Positions 1 to 13,200 are shown, numbered from the whole stretch's first letter. The stretch is DNA of 63,404 nt, filler included, from Neolecta irregularis DAH-3 (GCA_001929475.1; 11 parts of 11 records of this genome joined end to end with filler, not necessarily neighbours in it); one strand, 5' to 3'. The notes: a model not told the origin generated them from the letters alone. Numbers and translations: made by a program.

Positions 1-216
1 CCCAGTCGGGCCGGTCACAAGCATCGCCACCCTGCAAGGCAACAGAAAGGCGGGCAGGCAGATGACAGTAGCAGCACTTGTGCCGAATCTGCTGGACTAG
101 CTGGCTAGGCTTTCACCTGATATTCAATATACGTAGTTACTCTTACTCATAGTATCTACGTCGGCATATCCAACCTAAGTCCACATCAGCACCCAACCCC
201 AGGTTGTGTGCTGGCA
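1..216. mobile_element. Dispersed LTR-like repeat, copy A (truncated by window start)
   Basis: Shares long blocks (ccggtcacaagcat.gccaccctgcaa; aggctttcacctgata; atacgtagtta.tcttactcatag; aagtccacatcagcacccaaccccaggtt) with 45731-46044 and, inverted, with 50217-50521. Ends in gtgtgctggCA. Confidence 0.7.
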
Positions 217-552
217 ATGATGATGTATATGATTTACATGCCATTTTTGACCACATCTACCTTGACTATGAGAGAAAGTCCCAACATCATGTCTTCTATT
301 AGAACATAACCAGGTGTTATCCAATGAATTCACTTCAGAATCTCTTGCTTGGATTCAAAAAGTGGTGGCTGTGCTGAATCCTGCCAGTGTTGCGGATGGG
401 ACGCGCCACTGGCTTAGAAAGGCAGTGTGTCCAGGTCAGTTACCAACCTGCCTGCCTGCAGATGGTCGATTCAGGCCCATGGGAGCTAAGCCAAAGCCAG
501 TGACGCGGCCCTTTCGTAGTGGTGGGTACGCAGAGCAATCTTTTGCTCATTT

Positions 553-707
553 GTAATACGAGCGGCGTTTCATATAACGAATTTTGGATTAATCTAACGA
601 CTTCGTGTAAGGTTTAAATTCATTAAACCCCATACGAATTAAAGAGTTGGATTCGTTATCAGGGGGAATTCGTTATATGGAGGTCCCAATAGCCAGGTTA
701 GACTGTA
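553..707. mobile_element. MITE-like relic with internal inverted repeat (pogo/Tc1-mariner-like end)
   Basis: catataacgaatt (571-583) is the reverse complement of aattcgttatatg (667-679). The right end ggttagactgTA resembles a CAGT-type TIR followed by a TA target site. Confidence 0.4.
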
Positions 708-1272
708 TTGTGTAGCATATCCACCCCTAGTACTCAGAAAGCGGCTAATTTTTTTCTATCCATAAAAAATGTCTTTGGCCCCCCGCACGTGTTCCACAGC
801 CTTATCGATGACGCTGCTTGCCTGGAGGAGATCAGCGGATACCCTGTCTGGATGTCACTGCAAAATGTAAGGGACAGTCAGCAAACTGCTCCAATACCCC
901 ATACTGGTTCGGAATATCACTGCCTACTCCTTGTTATACACTTACCATGCCGCCAGTGCCTGGATTCACAATAGAGCCGGTCTGAATGTCGCCCATAGTT
1001 GTGTTTCCCTTGCCATAGGGCGTCTTGTAGTAGTTCAGCTGTGGAAAGCACAATGCAGATATATATTTGCTAGATTTCCCTTCTCAACAGTTGCTAGTGA
1101 TGATGTAGACATAGTTGTTTGAGCGGGAAGTGGCGGGAGCTGGTTTCATTTTGTACTGGTGCAGGAATAGCCATTATGTCACCGCGGAGTTATAAGAGGG
1201 GTCGGCTGTTGAAACCGCCGACCTCCTGATTCCGTTTGTGAACCCGCCTCAACAACTATCCAAGATATTTTC

Positions 1273-2030
1273 ATGGTCAACGAGTCTGATCCTGCTGCAT
1301 CCACAGCTGTTACTATCGTCGTCCGCTTTACATCTGCTCTTCCAGATCTCACCCTGAACTTTCCAAATTCTCTTGTTCCTGCCCGCGAAATCAAAGAAAG
1401 AATTAACAAAGTCCACCCACATACATCGAACCGTCGACTAAGGCTCATCTATTCTGGGCGCTTGCTACCAGACCACGGACCATTAAACCAGCTAATCCAT
1501 ACAGACCACGCCTTTGTTCATTGTTCGGTAGGTGACGTGTTGAGTGACGTTGAGTCGGAAGAGGTCCTATCGATAAGCCTATTCTTTTTTCTCTAATTTT
1601 TCAGACTTTGCAGGTTCAAGCAACCACGCCGGTGCCCGTCGGCTTTGACAGGTTCCGATCAGCTGGATTCTCTGATGATGATATCTCGGCGCTGAGAGCC
1701 CATTTCCAGGCTGTCAATGAGGATGGTAATATAGAAGATGAGGAAAGATGGATCGACGATAATTCGTCTGACTGTACTTTCTCCAGCTGAACTCTATTCC
1801 TGACGAGCCAGCACCAGAGGTAAACTATAAAGAGATGTTGGTTGGATTATGCGTTGGCTTCTTTGCCGGGTACGTGCTGTTTGCATTCCGATTGTTGACC
1901 GAACAGTCTTTTGGCTCTTGTATTCGTGTGGGAAACCAGCCTGATGACCAAACGACAAAGAATGGCCGTTATGGCAGGTTTGTTGGTTAATCTTTCCTTT
2001 GGAGTTTTGAGAGTTTGTTTCTTCCATTGA
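1273..2030 (+). CDS. DSC3: DSC E3 ubiquitin ligase complex subunit 3 (UBL domain plus C-terminal TM helices), 4 exons
   Basis: Ubiquitin-like RLRLIYSGRLL...FVHCSVGD; GFDRFRSAGFSDDDISALRAHF; EERWID; hydrophobic C-terminus RQRMAVMAGLLVNLSFGVLR; canonical introns join the frames. Confidence 0.85.
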
Positions 2031-2928
2031 TCTTTTGACAATTATAGGTATACTATTAATTCTGGATGTTGGTTGGCGCATGTTAGAGTTGCTTCATATA
2101 ATAATGGATACATATTCACAAGAGGCTCTTTTTCTAAACTCTAATATGTTGGCTCGGGCACGAGGAGAGGGTGGTGACTGTGTGCCAGCCACCGATTTAA
2201 CAAATCTCATCCGAGATCTGTGTATAGAGTGTCTCTTTGGATATTCAAAACAAAGAGTTCACTGTACTAGTTGGTATTACTTGTGCCGATTCATTCCGTT
2301 TAAAAGAATAGTTGACATGACAAACATTTTATCTGCAACTTGCCATCTCAACCGATCAGAGTAAAAGCAGATTTTGGATCATATCAATGCGAAGTCTTTG
2401 CCAGCAGTTAATATTAATTTCTTCTTGAAAGGGGAATCTTTTCTTGTCATTCGTGGATCGATTGGCGATATTCATTCAAATATTATAAATATTGGAGCGC
2501 CTACTTGGAGTCGACGGTGTCAACCAGTCCCCTGACTCATCAGTGTTCTAAGCGAAACAAGTAATCGAAATTAGTGCATTCTGCAATAAACAGGTATTTC
2601 GAATGTACAAGAACAAAGTTTTAGGAAATAATATGTTTCTAATTGTATCTTGCCCGATATTACTCTTGGATTCTAGTTTGTAGCTTGCATACACGAGAAA
2701 TTGTATTTTCCCGATATTTTCCAATTTGAGATGATATATATATGAATAGGAGGGCATCGGNNNNNNNNNNNNNNNNNNNNNNNNNNNNNNNNNNNNNNNN
2801 NNNNTTAATTAATTAANNNNNNNNNNNNNNNNNNNNNNNNNNNNNNNNNNNNNNNNNNNNAAGGTCGTGGCAGTTACTTGGTGCAGATATATTACACTAC
2901 TATTTTGACTCTAGTCGTGGAGTACAGA

Positions 2929-3558
2929 TTATCTCAAGACATCTTCACATGTAGCCCGTAGATTCTAACATCAGATCAATAATAAAAGAAATACCTCCAG
3001 CTCTTCCCTCGTGTCTTGTTCCAGATTGTCAAGTTTCCCATACCGTAAATCGCTCATGTCGTCAATAGTACTGCATGTTAGGAGGTTCTTGCGCAGTGTT
3101 ACGATCGCATCGCGGCCAACTTTTCTCGACATGACGTATCTAATTCTTCTAAAACGATTTGCTGCTTGTCAATTGCAACTTGCATACATTCGAGCACGTC
3201 GTTCAAAGACACCTGATATCTATCGAAATTGCCAAAAGTCTATCGTGTCAATTGATTGGAAACGGCAAACCTGCTGCTCGATTAATTCCTGCCGAGTCAA
3301 CAATCTCGATTTATTTCTCGCCGCTTTGGCTTTGGCTATTGTCCGAACACCCAATCGACATTCCAATTCGATATTCTTGGCGAGCCCGGCGCACAGGTCG
3401 GCGTGACTAGCTTGTATCGTCCGATGTAGACGCTTCACCTGGGGATTCTGCCGGTGCTGCGAGGGGAAAAGAGCAGTGAATTCGGGTAAAGAGATGACGG
3501 ATTGGTGTCTTTGTAATAGAAATGCATTGAGAATGGCTGATTCCGACGGAGGACTCAT
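2929..3558 (-). CDS. NKP2: Kinetochore protein Cnl2/Nkp2 family, 4 exons
   Basis: [15 protein letters not shown]...[11 protein letters not shown]...PQVKRLH at the N-terminus; [11 protein letters not shown] in exon 3. Confidence 0.75.
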
Positions 3559-3594
3559 CGATCCAGGTGGTTGGTAGATCACTACTCTTTCTCT

Positions 3595-4731
3595 ATGCAG
3601 ACCGATCCAGCAACTTACAAGCCAAATGAACGCGTCTTGTGCTTCCATGGCCCAATGTTGTATGAGGCAAAAATAGTAAAGACGCCAGACGAATATACCG
3701 AAGAGGAAAAATCAAATGTCGACGATGATCGTACCAGTAACGAAGCCCAAGATACCGTGAGCCTGTCAGAGCCGCCATATTTCGTCCACTACAAAGGCTG
3801 GAAGCAGACGTACTCTTTTTACCAGCCGGCAGCTTACTTCTAGCTGGGACGAATGGGTTCCTGTCGGCAGAATACTCAAATGGACAGAAGAGAACCTCAA
3901 AACACAGAAAGAACTCAAGAATGCCGTTTTGGCATCTTCAAAAAAACCACCAAAGCATTCGGACAAGAAGTTGGGTAATATTAAACATGAAGGCCGAGAA
4001 ACTACTCCAACCTCTGCTGCACGGGGCCAAAAACGAGCTCGTGAAGTTGAACTGGACAAGGCAGCAGGTTTCAAAGTATGGGGTTTCTAATCGATAGGAA
4101 GAAGAGTACGCAAGGAGACCCTTGGTCAAGATCAACATCCCTGATTCGCTCAAAGCACAATTGGTCGATGACTGGGAGAACATCACCAAGAATCAACAGG
4201 TATTCGTTCAAGTTCACCTACTCACTCCAAGCTTGTCACTCTACCCAGGGATCCTGATATCCAGACGCTACTCTCACAATACTGCGCCAGCACAAATCCA
4301 AAGAAATCAGGCACTGCCGAAGCAGACATCTTTGAAGAAGTCATCGTTGGTATTAAAACGTACTTTGAGCGGTCTCTTGGGAATATCCTGCTATACCGTT
4401 TTGAACGGCAGCAATACGTCGATATACGCAGATCCCACGAAAATAAACCTCTGATAGAAATATACGGCGCTGAACACCTCTTGCGACTATTCGGTACGCC
4501 CTTGTTGATTCGATCTTACAAGTAGTTTCTCTCCCCGAGTTGATTGCTCAGACAAACATGGATATACAGAGCGTCCAAGTCCTCAGAGAACACATTGAAG
4601 ATCTGCTAAAGTACTTTATTCCCACTTCATTTTTAATCTACAGATTCATGGCTAAAAATCAAAAGCAGTTCTTTCTCAGAGAATATTGCAATGCGTCACC
4701 AAGTTACCAATCTATGGTCAAAAACAACTAG
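3595..4731 (+). CDS. EAF3: MRG-family chromodomain protein (Eaf3/Alp13)
   Basis: [69 protein letters not shown]. Confidence 0.95.
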
Positions 4732-4748
4732 TTAACGTAACAAGAAGA

Positions 4749-5646
4749 TTATCTCGTCAAGGAAAAGTTTCGTCTAGAGTTAGCTGTTGCGTATACTTGT
4801 AGATCCCACATATTTATTATAGTCCCTTTGATACTGCGAATCTCATTCTTGACTTGAGTGGCCTTGTCGGGTTTACCGGTACTCCCTGGATACAGTGTAT
4901 ACGAACTGAAATTGAAGTTGGGCGGGTACATGAGGCCGTTCAAGTAGTTTTTGAATTCGTCCGCTGCGAATGAGAGTTCGTTGAGTACATATGTAGGAGG
5001 AGATTGCCGGATATCAGAGATTTTACAAGTTATTTGAGAGAGAAGTTGGGCTGTGTTCGAATCTGCGACGACGGCTGTATCTTGTGTTTTCAGTTCAGTA
5101 GGCGTCTGTACAGTAGCCGTCTTTTCAGTAGCCGTCTTTAGTTGTTCAATGAAGCATCCAATCCGCTTCAAAGTATGCTGATGTAGATCTCGACGAGCAG
5201 CAGTCAACTGGACGAGCATCGGTGCAAAAATCCACTATCGTCACCCATGCAACGCCCGGAATATACCTGTACAGCAGCGTATACCACAGCAGCCGTCCCA
5301 GCAGAGAGATACAATGCGAAAAGAACATTGCGGAAAGACAGACGCCGATTGGGGGGTTGGGGAGGAGGATGTTCAGGGTATGCAATCAGAGGTGCCGTTG
5401 GCTTCGTATCTTGCGATCCGGCCGGCTCACAGCTTTGGGTCTATTGTTATATGCACTGCGTTGACATACTCTTACAGATTCAGGGTTCAACTCTTTTAAA
5501 ACCATCTCGATTTCGGCGCTAGAAAGACCTTTAGACGCCAAGAATGACGTTTTCTGTTCAAGCGGCGCATCCTTTATAGCTGTATCTGCCAAAAAGTCGC
5601 GCGCTCTCTTTAAAAGTGCGTCTTTAGATTCTGGATGGGTCATCAA
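4749..5646 (-). CDS. Peroxin with Pex14 N-terminal domain, Pex14/17 (Pex33)-type
   Basis: ARDFLAD.AIKDAPLEQK.SFL.SKGL..AEI (Pex14_N), a YPE-Pro-rich segment, a TM segment, and C-terminal KNEIRSIKG...RNF. Confidence 0.7.
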
Positions 5647-5663
5647 GTTGAAAGTGGAACGTC

Positions 5664-5759
5664 AAAGTACTCCATTCTCTCGGCTTCTCCCGCGTAGGAT
5701 TCCGAAAGTACTCCATTCTATTCACCAATTTACTAGTCGGCTCCCGCGTAGGATTCCGA
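5664..5759. repeat. Imperfect local duplication (aaagtactccattct...cccgcgtaggattccga, two copies)
   Basis: Two copies visible just before an assembly gap. Confidence 0.6.
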
Positions 5760-6018
5760 CATTGTAATATNNNNNNNNNNNNNNNNNNNNNNNNNNNNNN
5801 NNNNNNNNNNNNNNTTAATTAATTAANNNNNNNNNNNNNNNNNNNNNNNNNNNNNNNNNNNNNNNNNNNNGAGTCGGTAAGGCAGCAGAGATTTATGCTG
5901 AATTAATTTCAACCATCACAGTGAATTAGATCATCATAAGTATATATGAGATAGATAGACTAAATTAAGATAGTGAAAATAACTGCAGACCTTGAAAAGC
6001 AACTCGGAGTTGTGGCAG

Positions 6019-6971
6019 TTATCTTTGACGTAGGACAATTTCAAGGAACTGTTCAAAACCAATAGTTATAAAGCCGTCCTAACAATGAGTAACTGGGGCA
6101 GGCTGTTTACTTGCCCTGTCTTCATCGTATTTTTTGAAAACCTCTGTAAGGGTTTTGAGTCTACGATGATCAGTGAGATATCTGAATAGTAAGAGTTACG
6201 TGACGCAACTTTGAATGAACATATCAAATGTTACAGCGCCATTTCCTGGTTTGATTAGCCTGTCTCAACTCCGCCTAGTATATGAAATACCAGGCATCAC
6301 GATAGATGTACCTCGCTTGTCGTAGTTGTGGAACAAAATATTCACAAATTCAGGGCTTAGCCGATAGCCGAACCTGTGAATTACTGGCTGAGTTTGTGCC
6401 GGCGATTCTTACGCTCTGAGAGCTTCGGAGAACTCGTAGATATCGATAGAGCCTGATCCATCTTTGTCGAACCGAACAAATAGTTCCTAATAATTTGCCC
6501 CTACAACGATTTGCAATTGAATACCTTCCACTGCTTTAGATAATTCCAGAGGCTTTTGAATTCTTGGAAATTGATGGTTCCACTCATGTCTTTATCAAAG
6601 AGCTCGAATTTCAGAATACACTTGACTACTTTTGCACCTTGATCATCAACCGCGTGGTAGCCGGATGGAACCTAGGGTGGATTAGTCAAACAGGGATGCC
6701 GAGGAGTATACTCGGTCCAGTCTCCATTTACCAGGGCCCTGCGCAGTTCGATTTCACTGATGCTGCCGGACCCGTCCTGGTCTACTGCTCTGAACAAACC
6801 CAATAATTGGGCTTCGTGCGAGTTCTCATGAGGCGGGCGAATTGGGGAATGCGCAGATTGACGTGCTGGTGGCCGCCCAGGATAGGACGGCTGCCGCTGG
6901 CCTGGATACTGCGAATATTGACCTGCATGTAAAGAGGAAGGCGGAGGCGAGTGTGGATAGTTTCCAGACAT
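6019..6971 (-). CDS. PEF1: Penta-EF-hand calcium-binding protein (peflin/ALG-2-like)
   Basis: P/Y/Q-rich N-terminus; EF hands DQDGSGSISEIEL, DKDMSGTINFQEF, DKDGSGSIDIYE; ALVNGDWT motif. Confidence 0.9.
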
Positions 6972-7093
6972 TGTTGAATTGCATAACGGCGGTCAGTCTG
7001 TGCTTATATAGACTACCAAGACCGGTGACGTTGATTTGTCAACGTGCAGCTGCCAAGAACTGCTGCTAAAAACAGGTTCTTGCTCTAAATCAC

Positions 7094-7910
7094 ATGGGCC
7101 GTAGCCATGAGAAACAAACTTGGATATTTGGATATGGATCTTTGATCTGGAAGTATATAAATGCGATTTGAGCAGCAGAACTGACTACTACGACCGCCGC
7201 CGCACACAGTCGAGTCATTTCCCGGCTTCATCAAAGGGTTTGTCAGGCGGTTTTGGCAGGCAAGCGAAGACCATCGTGGAACCAAGGAATCACCGGGCAG
7301 AGTGGCCACTCTGATTTCCAGGGAGGAATGGCAAGGCTTGGACGATCCTGTAAGACGCATTTATAAATTTATTAATCCTCTCTACAGCATCACAGCGACG
7401 AAGCTGATGTTACTTGGGGTATCTTCCCTATAATGCAACATGGAACTGAATCAGGAATGGCGTATCGCATTGATCCAAATCATGCCCTAGAAGTTCAGGA
7501 ATATCTTGCCCATCGAGAGAAGGCATTCGGCATTCTCCTCCCGCACCTCTAACGTGTCTAGAACGGATACTCTATCAGTACAGTTCCGGTTTGGCGACAC
7601 TTGGCAGACTGCAGTCCCGTAGTGTCCGAAGCAACTTTGTATATTGGTACCACGCGCAATCCGCAATTTGTCGGTCCCCAGGATGTGGATGAACTTGCTG
7701 CGCATATATTCAAGTCCCGTGGTCCTTCTGGTAAGCTCAAAATCACAATCTCGCGCTCAGAATGAAGGCGAGAACAAGGAATATCTACTCAATCTCGACA
7801 CAGCGTTGTCCCATCTGGACCCAGAAACGCGCGATGAACATGTGAGAGACCTGAGTTGCAAAGTACGTCAGTTGGAAAATAAAAGCCCTTGTACTGTGGA
7901 TGATAAGTAG
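7094..7910 (+). CDS. GCG1: ChaC-family glutathione-specific gamma-glutamylcyclotransferase
   Basis: [27 protein letters not shown]...PGRVATL, REKNGY, GPSGENKEYL. Needs one GC-AG and one GT-CG intron. Confidence 0.9.
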
Positions 7911-8029
7911 AAACCTACATCAACAATGAGCAGAGATAAAATACATGGATGTGGACGTCATGACGTGATATTCAATTAAAACCCTAACTGCAACATCCCA
8001 AGTTGCTTTCCTTAGTCACCAAAAATACC

Positions 8030-8390
8030 ATGCCGTATCCAAAAGTATCTATTCAGTATTGTACGCAGGTGAGTTCGTTTGCCAATGCCCCCTGACTCGT
8101 AGTGCAAATGGATGCTTAGAGCAGCCTGGATAGCTCAAGAACTCCTGAGTACATTTTCAACATCCATTGGCGAGGTTTCGTTAGTACCCTCAAAAGGAGG
8201 GACATTTATTGTGACGCTCTCCACAGAGACACAAAAGGAAGTAATCCTTTGGGACAGGAAAAAACAGGACGGGTTTCCAGAAGCTAAAGAACTGAAAAGA
8301 CGGGTGCGTGACATCCTTGAGCCAGAGCGAAATCTAGGGCACGTAGATGGAAATAAAGCAGTTAAGGAGCTCTGTGAAAGCTGCAAGTAA
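8030..8390 (+). CDS. Rdx-family (SelT/SelW/SelH-like) thioredoxin-fold protein with CxxC
   Basis: MPYPKVSIQYCTQ|CKWMLRAAWIAQELLSTF...WDRK..DGFPEAKELKRRVRD. Confidence 0.9.
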
Positions 8391-8602
8391 TGGATGCGAC
8401 GGGAAACAATTACTGTATAAGACGCATCTGAAAACAAAAGACCGGAGAAAACAGGCAATCACAATAGCCCTCCGCCAAAGTTCAACTATCCATTCTGCTG
8501 CATCATGCCTGGTGGCAATCAAAAGCACAAGCACAAGGATGAGAGTTTGAGATTGCCTGAGCCAACAGCATAGACAAATCGAAAGATACAGCAGAGCCTT
8601 GT

Positions 8603-9737
8603 TCATTTAGCATTCTTTGACTTTTGCTTCCGCGGGGGCGTGACAGGCCTTCCAGTACCCATCCCTCCGTATACGTATTTCTGTTTCTTTTCTGCGGGCT
8701 TCAAAATCTAGCATGGTATTAGAGAGGTCTTGAAGACTCGCATACCTGAAAACTACATAGAAGGCTTTCGTCAACACTCATCATAGCACCAGCGTTATCA
8801 AACTCTCCACAGTAGTTGGGGGCGCTGAACAACGTGACCAGCTGTCGTTTCGAAAAGAATTCATATCCGTCTTCAACGACTTGATGTGCTCGACAGATAA
8901 GATCCATGTCATGCTTCGCAAGGAATCTTGAAACAACATCTGGTCCGAAGGTAAATGATACACCTCGATCGTTTTCACTCCATCCGGTTATCTCCTTGTC
9001 CGGGTCAGACCACAGAAGGTCACACAACAGCCCAGTATCCGGAACATCAGTAGGCCGCATCACTCGTCGAATCTGTTCCATTGAGTTTAAATCGGGAGAA
9101 AGACCACCATGCATCGTAAAGATCTTTTCATCGATGATGGCAGCAATCGGTAGGCAGTTGAAACAATCTGTAAATGTCTTCCATAGCTTGATATTGTATC
9201 GTCGTTTACCTGCCACATAAGTATCAAGAAACCCAGGAATGATACATTCATCGTAAAACCCATAGATTCGATTGATACTGGCACACTCATGATTGCCGCG
9301 GAGAATGAAAAAGTTTTCGGGGTATTTTATCTTATATGCCAAGAGTAAACAGATTGTTTCCAATGACTGTTTGCCTCGGTCGACATAATCGCCAAGAAAA
9401 AGATAATTGGCTTCGGGTGGAAACCCGCCATATTCAAAGAGACGTAACAAATCATAGTACTGGCCGTGAATATCACCTGAATGTGTGAGATTGCGTTGTC
9501 TTGCACAGTCTTACCACAAATCTACAAGATCAGAATGAGTAGTACAAAGGAAGATACTTTAATGGGGGCCTCTAGCTCCAGCAGAATAGGCTGATTGATG
9601 AAAATCTCTCTGGCTTTGGTGCAGAGATAGCGAATTTCATACTCTCCAAGAGTTACCTGCTTCCCGGGTCGATTGCCTCGCACTTCGAGTAATCTTTCAA
9701 TAATGTTATCGAGATCAATCTCATTTTGATCGGCCAT
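8603..9737 (-). CDS. GLC7: Serine/threonine protein phosphatase PP1 catalytic subunit
   Basis: [31 protein letters not shown]-terminal GRPVTPPRK. Confidence 0.98.
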
Positions 9738-10247
9738 GGATTAGGAGTTGTGAACGAGAGACAATGCAGTGTGGGATGAATTCAGGTTTCTTAAGTGTCA
9801 ATGATCATGGAGAAGTAGGGAAAGAGCAAAGGTCATACCTAACAGAAAAGGGACGATAGATGGTTTCGCAGGTCGCGGTGGGAGGCGACTTTGAAGAGTA
9901 TGAGGCAGACGGAAGGGATCTGCAGCGCACTTAGCAACAACCAGCAACGAATTTGCGTACGGAACAGGTAGCAACGGCAATTCTAGTTCGCCGTTTAGAG
10001 TACAAATTCCTGTACAGGGTTTGGGCAGGCTAATGGATGGTTTTAATTGTTTTCCGGTCTTGCGGCAGAAAAAACAAGCACAACAGATGGCGATGGTTGG
10101 AGGTTGACACTCTTCGTCCTTTGCCTTTTGGTGGAGAGAAGTACCCGGCCACTGTACAGGAAGATTCAATCTCTAATACATGTTTATAATTAGAAATAGA
10201 TACCCCAAAACCATTTGAATAAAACCTCATGTCCAGTGACTGCGCTA

Positions 10248-13200
10248 TTATAAAGTCAAGAACTTGAGAGTAACCTCCTTTGCCAAAGGACCACTACCGC
10301 TTGTCATGTATATCAAAGATAAATGATACGCCGTCTCTGACGCCAGATCTTGTCTACCAATCCCTACGCTTTCAAAAGCAGCGTTGTGTAACTCATGTGA
10401 CAGAGCTAGTACCCTTTCGTAATACGGTATCGCCAAATGCATCAAACCTGATAATGAGAAGATTTCTTTTCATAGAGCAAGTACCGAGCTGATGGAAAGC
10501 GCGGCCGACGTTGAACTCAGCTTCCTGGCGTTCACAAAGGCCCTGTTTAATACGCCATTCATAGTAATGAAAAAGAAATATTAAACCTTGAAGGATCTGA
10601 TGCTGTCGATTAGATGTTTGTCGTTGCATCGCTCGATGAAGATGTGCTATCGCGATGCTTAAATTGATTAAAGGGTCAGTGGGAACAAGTGAGAACGCTC
10701 GAGTATAATAGTCTAAGGTCAGTTGAGCAAAGGAAAAGTCAAATTACTCAAGGCATGAATATGACTTCTTGCAGCTGCCAATCCATGGCCATATAACATG
10801 AGAAGAGAGACATTATAAGAATTCGGTTTCACTGGATCGCCTTGAGAATCCTTTCGACTCAACGTGGCAGATCCAGGAAGCGTATCCCCCGTCATAGCAC
10901 CATCTATCGCCTTAATTTGACGTAAAAGATACTTTGTAGAAGGATTTGCAACGAGAGCATTTGTATCACTCACTCGATTCCAAAATCGATATCCGTCAGA
11001 CATGAATCGGAAAGTGTTGGTAAACCAGCGACATGTATTTTGAGCTTCTTCAAAATCCATCGCCTGAAAAGCACATGCTAAAAGTTTAGGAGGGAAACAT
11101 AAAACATTGGTGTACCCATATTCACGACATAGGTTAGGAGGTTCCGTTTAGAATTCTGATAAAAGACGTTTACCATTTGTGCAGACTTGATAATCTCATA
11201 AGCTTCCCGAATATCACCCTCGCAAGTCAACAAGATCGCATACTATATGTAAGTTGAAAAAAGTTTAGATGAAAAGAACCTGGAGAAAGATATCAAGCCA
11301 ACGATCAAATGAAAGACCTCGAAATTCAGTTTCCTCCGCATCATGCGGATTGACATCGCCATCCCCGAGGTCTAACATGAGCTTGAAACTAAATCAATCG
11401 CACCAATTGAGGTTTGCAGCCGAGTTGCCATTCCCTTGAGGCTTTTGTCTAGATCAACTTTTTTCGAGCGATTTGTCAATGAACGTAATCCGGTAAACTT
11501 TGTACTCCTTTCAGAAGGGTAGAAAGCACTGACATGACGAAAATCGTCAATCAACTCGGCAGCAGTCTCCATCCATTCTTTAATGACAAAAGACTGGCCT
11601 TTATCGAGGTCCTTCTCTAGCATTTCAAGCTTGCGGTTACGAAAGATAATTTGTTCACATCTTTCTTTCTCCGCTGCAAGTCTTTCTTCAAGGGTAGAGC
11701 GACAGCCTGGTTTTCTGGAGCGTGTGGTGCCTGGAACTTGTGATTCAATCAGAGCTGCATTGTCCTCGACTGATCTTGCGACATTTCCACCCTCAATTTC
11801 AGGAGGGGTATGTTGCTCCTTTCGCAAACGTAAAACTATCAAGCTGAGTGAATGATGATAGTGTATGAGTGTACCTTCATTGACCAAAGTCAATGCTTCC
11901 TCGCGGCGTTCCATACTTTCATAAAACTCGGCAAGCTGTATCCTCGAATCTATATCTTTGGGCAGCGTAGCTATAACCGCTCGATAACATTCTTCAGCAT
12001 CTTCCATATCTCCGAGGCCCTTGTAACACTTGGCCATTGCAGACCAGAGGCTAGGTCCATTGGTCTCCAGGTTAGCATCATTGATTTACTTTCAAATATA
12101 CTGCTTCGAGTTCGATCAGTGGTGCGAAAAATTCAAGAGCTTCTTCAAAGTAGCCTTCTTGGCAGAGACTCTCTCCAACATCGAATAACGCATCAGCGAA
12201 ATTACTGGGATCGTGGTTCATCAGCAAATCAAATTGTCTCTGTTTCTAAGTGCCATAAGATAGAACAAGGATTACCATACTCTCATCAAGTATGCCGAGC
12301 CTTAGTCGGCACAATCCCAATTTGACTCGAATGTCTATAGGCAGGGAGTAATCTTGATGATCGTTAGAATTGAACTTTTTGCAAGCTTTGCGACGATCAT
12401 CATCAATATCGAACTCTCGATCGTCCTCAAATTCGTCCCAGTATGATTCAGATCTCCTCCCATTGAGCCACCGAGCACAGATCTTTATGAGGTTAATGCA
12501 TTGAGCCCACCGCTTGCCCAGCATATACAGCTCAGACATCATATTCAATTCAGACCAACCAAAATCTCCAGATGCGTCGATTCTTGTTTTGCGATTTTGA
12601 TAAGATGCCAACGCAGATTCGTAGAGCTGGACTGCATCTGATATGCGATTTTGGTCGATGTATGTCCGTGAAAGTTCGCGAATGATGTTCATATCGTTTG
12701 GGACCAGGTTTAAAAGTAATTTGAAGCCTTCAATTACCTGTATATAAGATAATGAGAACCAAGATCAAGACCTTTGCAGTATTCTTGAGACTTTTGTATA
12801 AAAGGGTCCTTTCCCAGATCACCGATACATTGGTCGGCTGATGTCTAATCGCGCGGTTTAGACAGTAGATAGCTTGACTGTAGTGTTGCGAGTTTTGGCT
12901 CATTCTGGCACAATCTATCCAGAGGTCTGCCTCTTTTGGTCTCAGATGTGCTGCCGTGATCCATGCCAGTAGACATTTTTCTTCGTTGCCGCGTTCCTTG
13001 TGCACCAGTCCGAGGGTTTGCCAGGCGGAGAAGACATTAAAGTCGATCCGAATGATCTCTTTGAGATGCTTCAGCGCTTCGTCGAGGTCGCCGGTTGCAT
13101 ACGCTTGATTCGCTCTTCCCATGAGTCCCTTTACTTCGTGCGAGGGTTCCAGGTCAACCATAGCACGTCTCCCGCCCTTGCGACTGAGAGAAGGTATGTG

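Noticed and set aside
2040-2760. Short ORFs downstream of DSC3
   Set aside because: No recognisable motif or consistent exon structure.
2761-2860. TTAATTAATTAA inside N runs (ten occurrences)
   Set aside because: Artificial six-frame-stop contig linker, not biological. Adjacency across these gaps is not guaranteed.
8030-8390. Possible fungal selenoprotein (SelW-like)
   Set aside because: The motif is CTQC encoded by TGT and TGC; there is no in-frame TGA.
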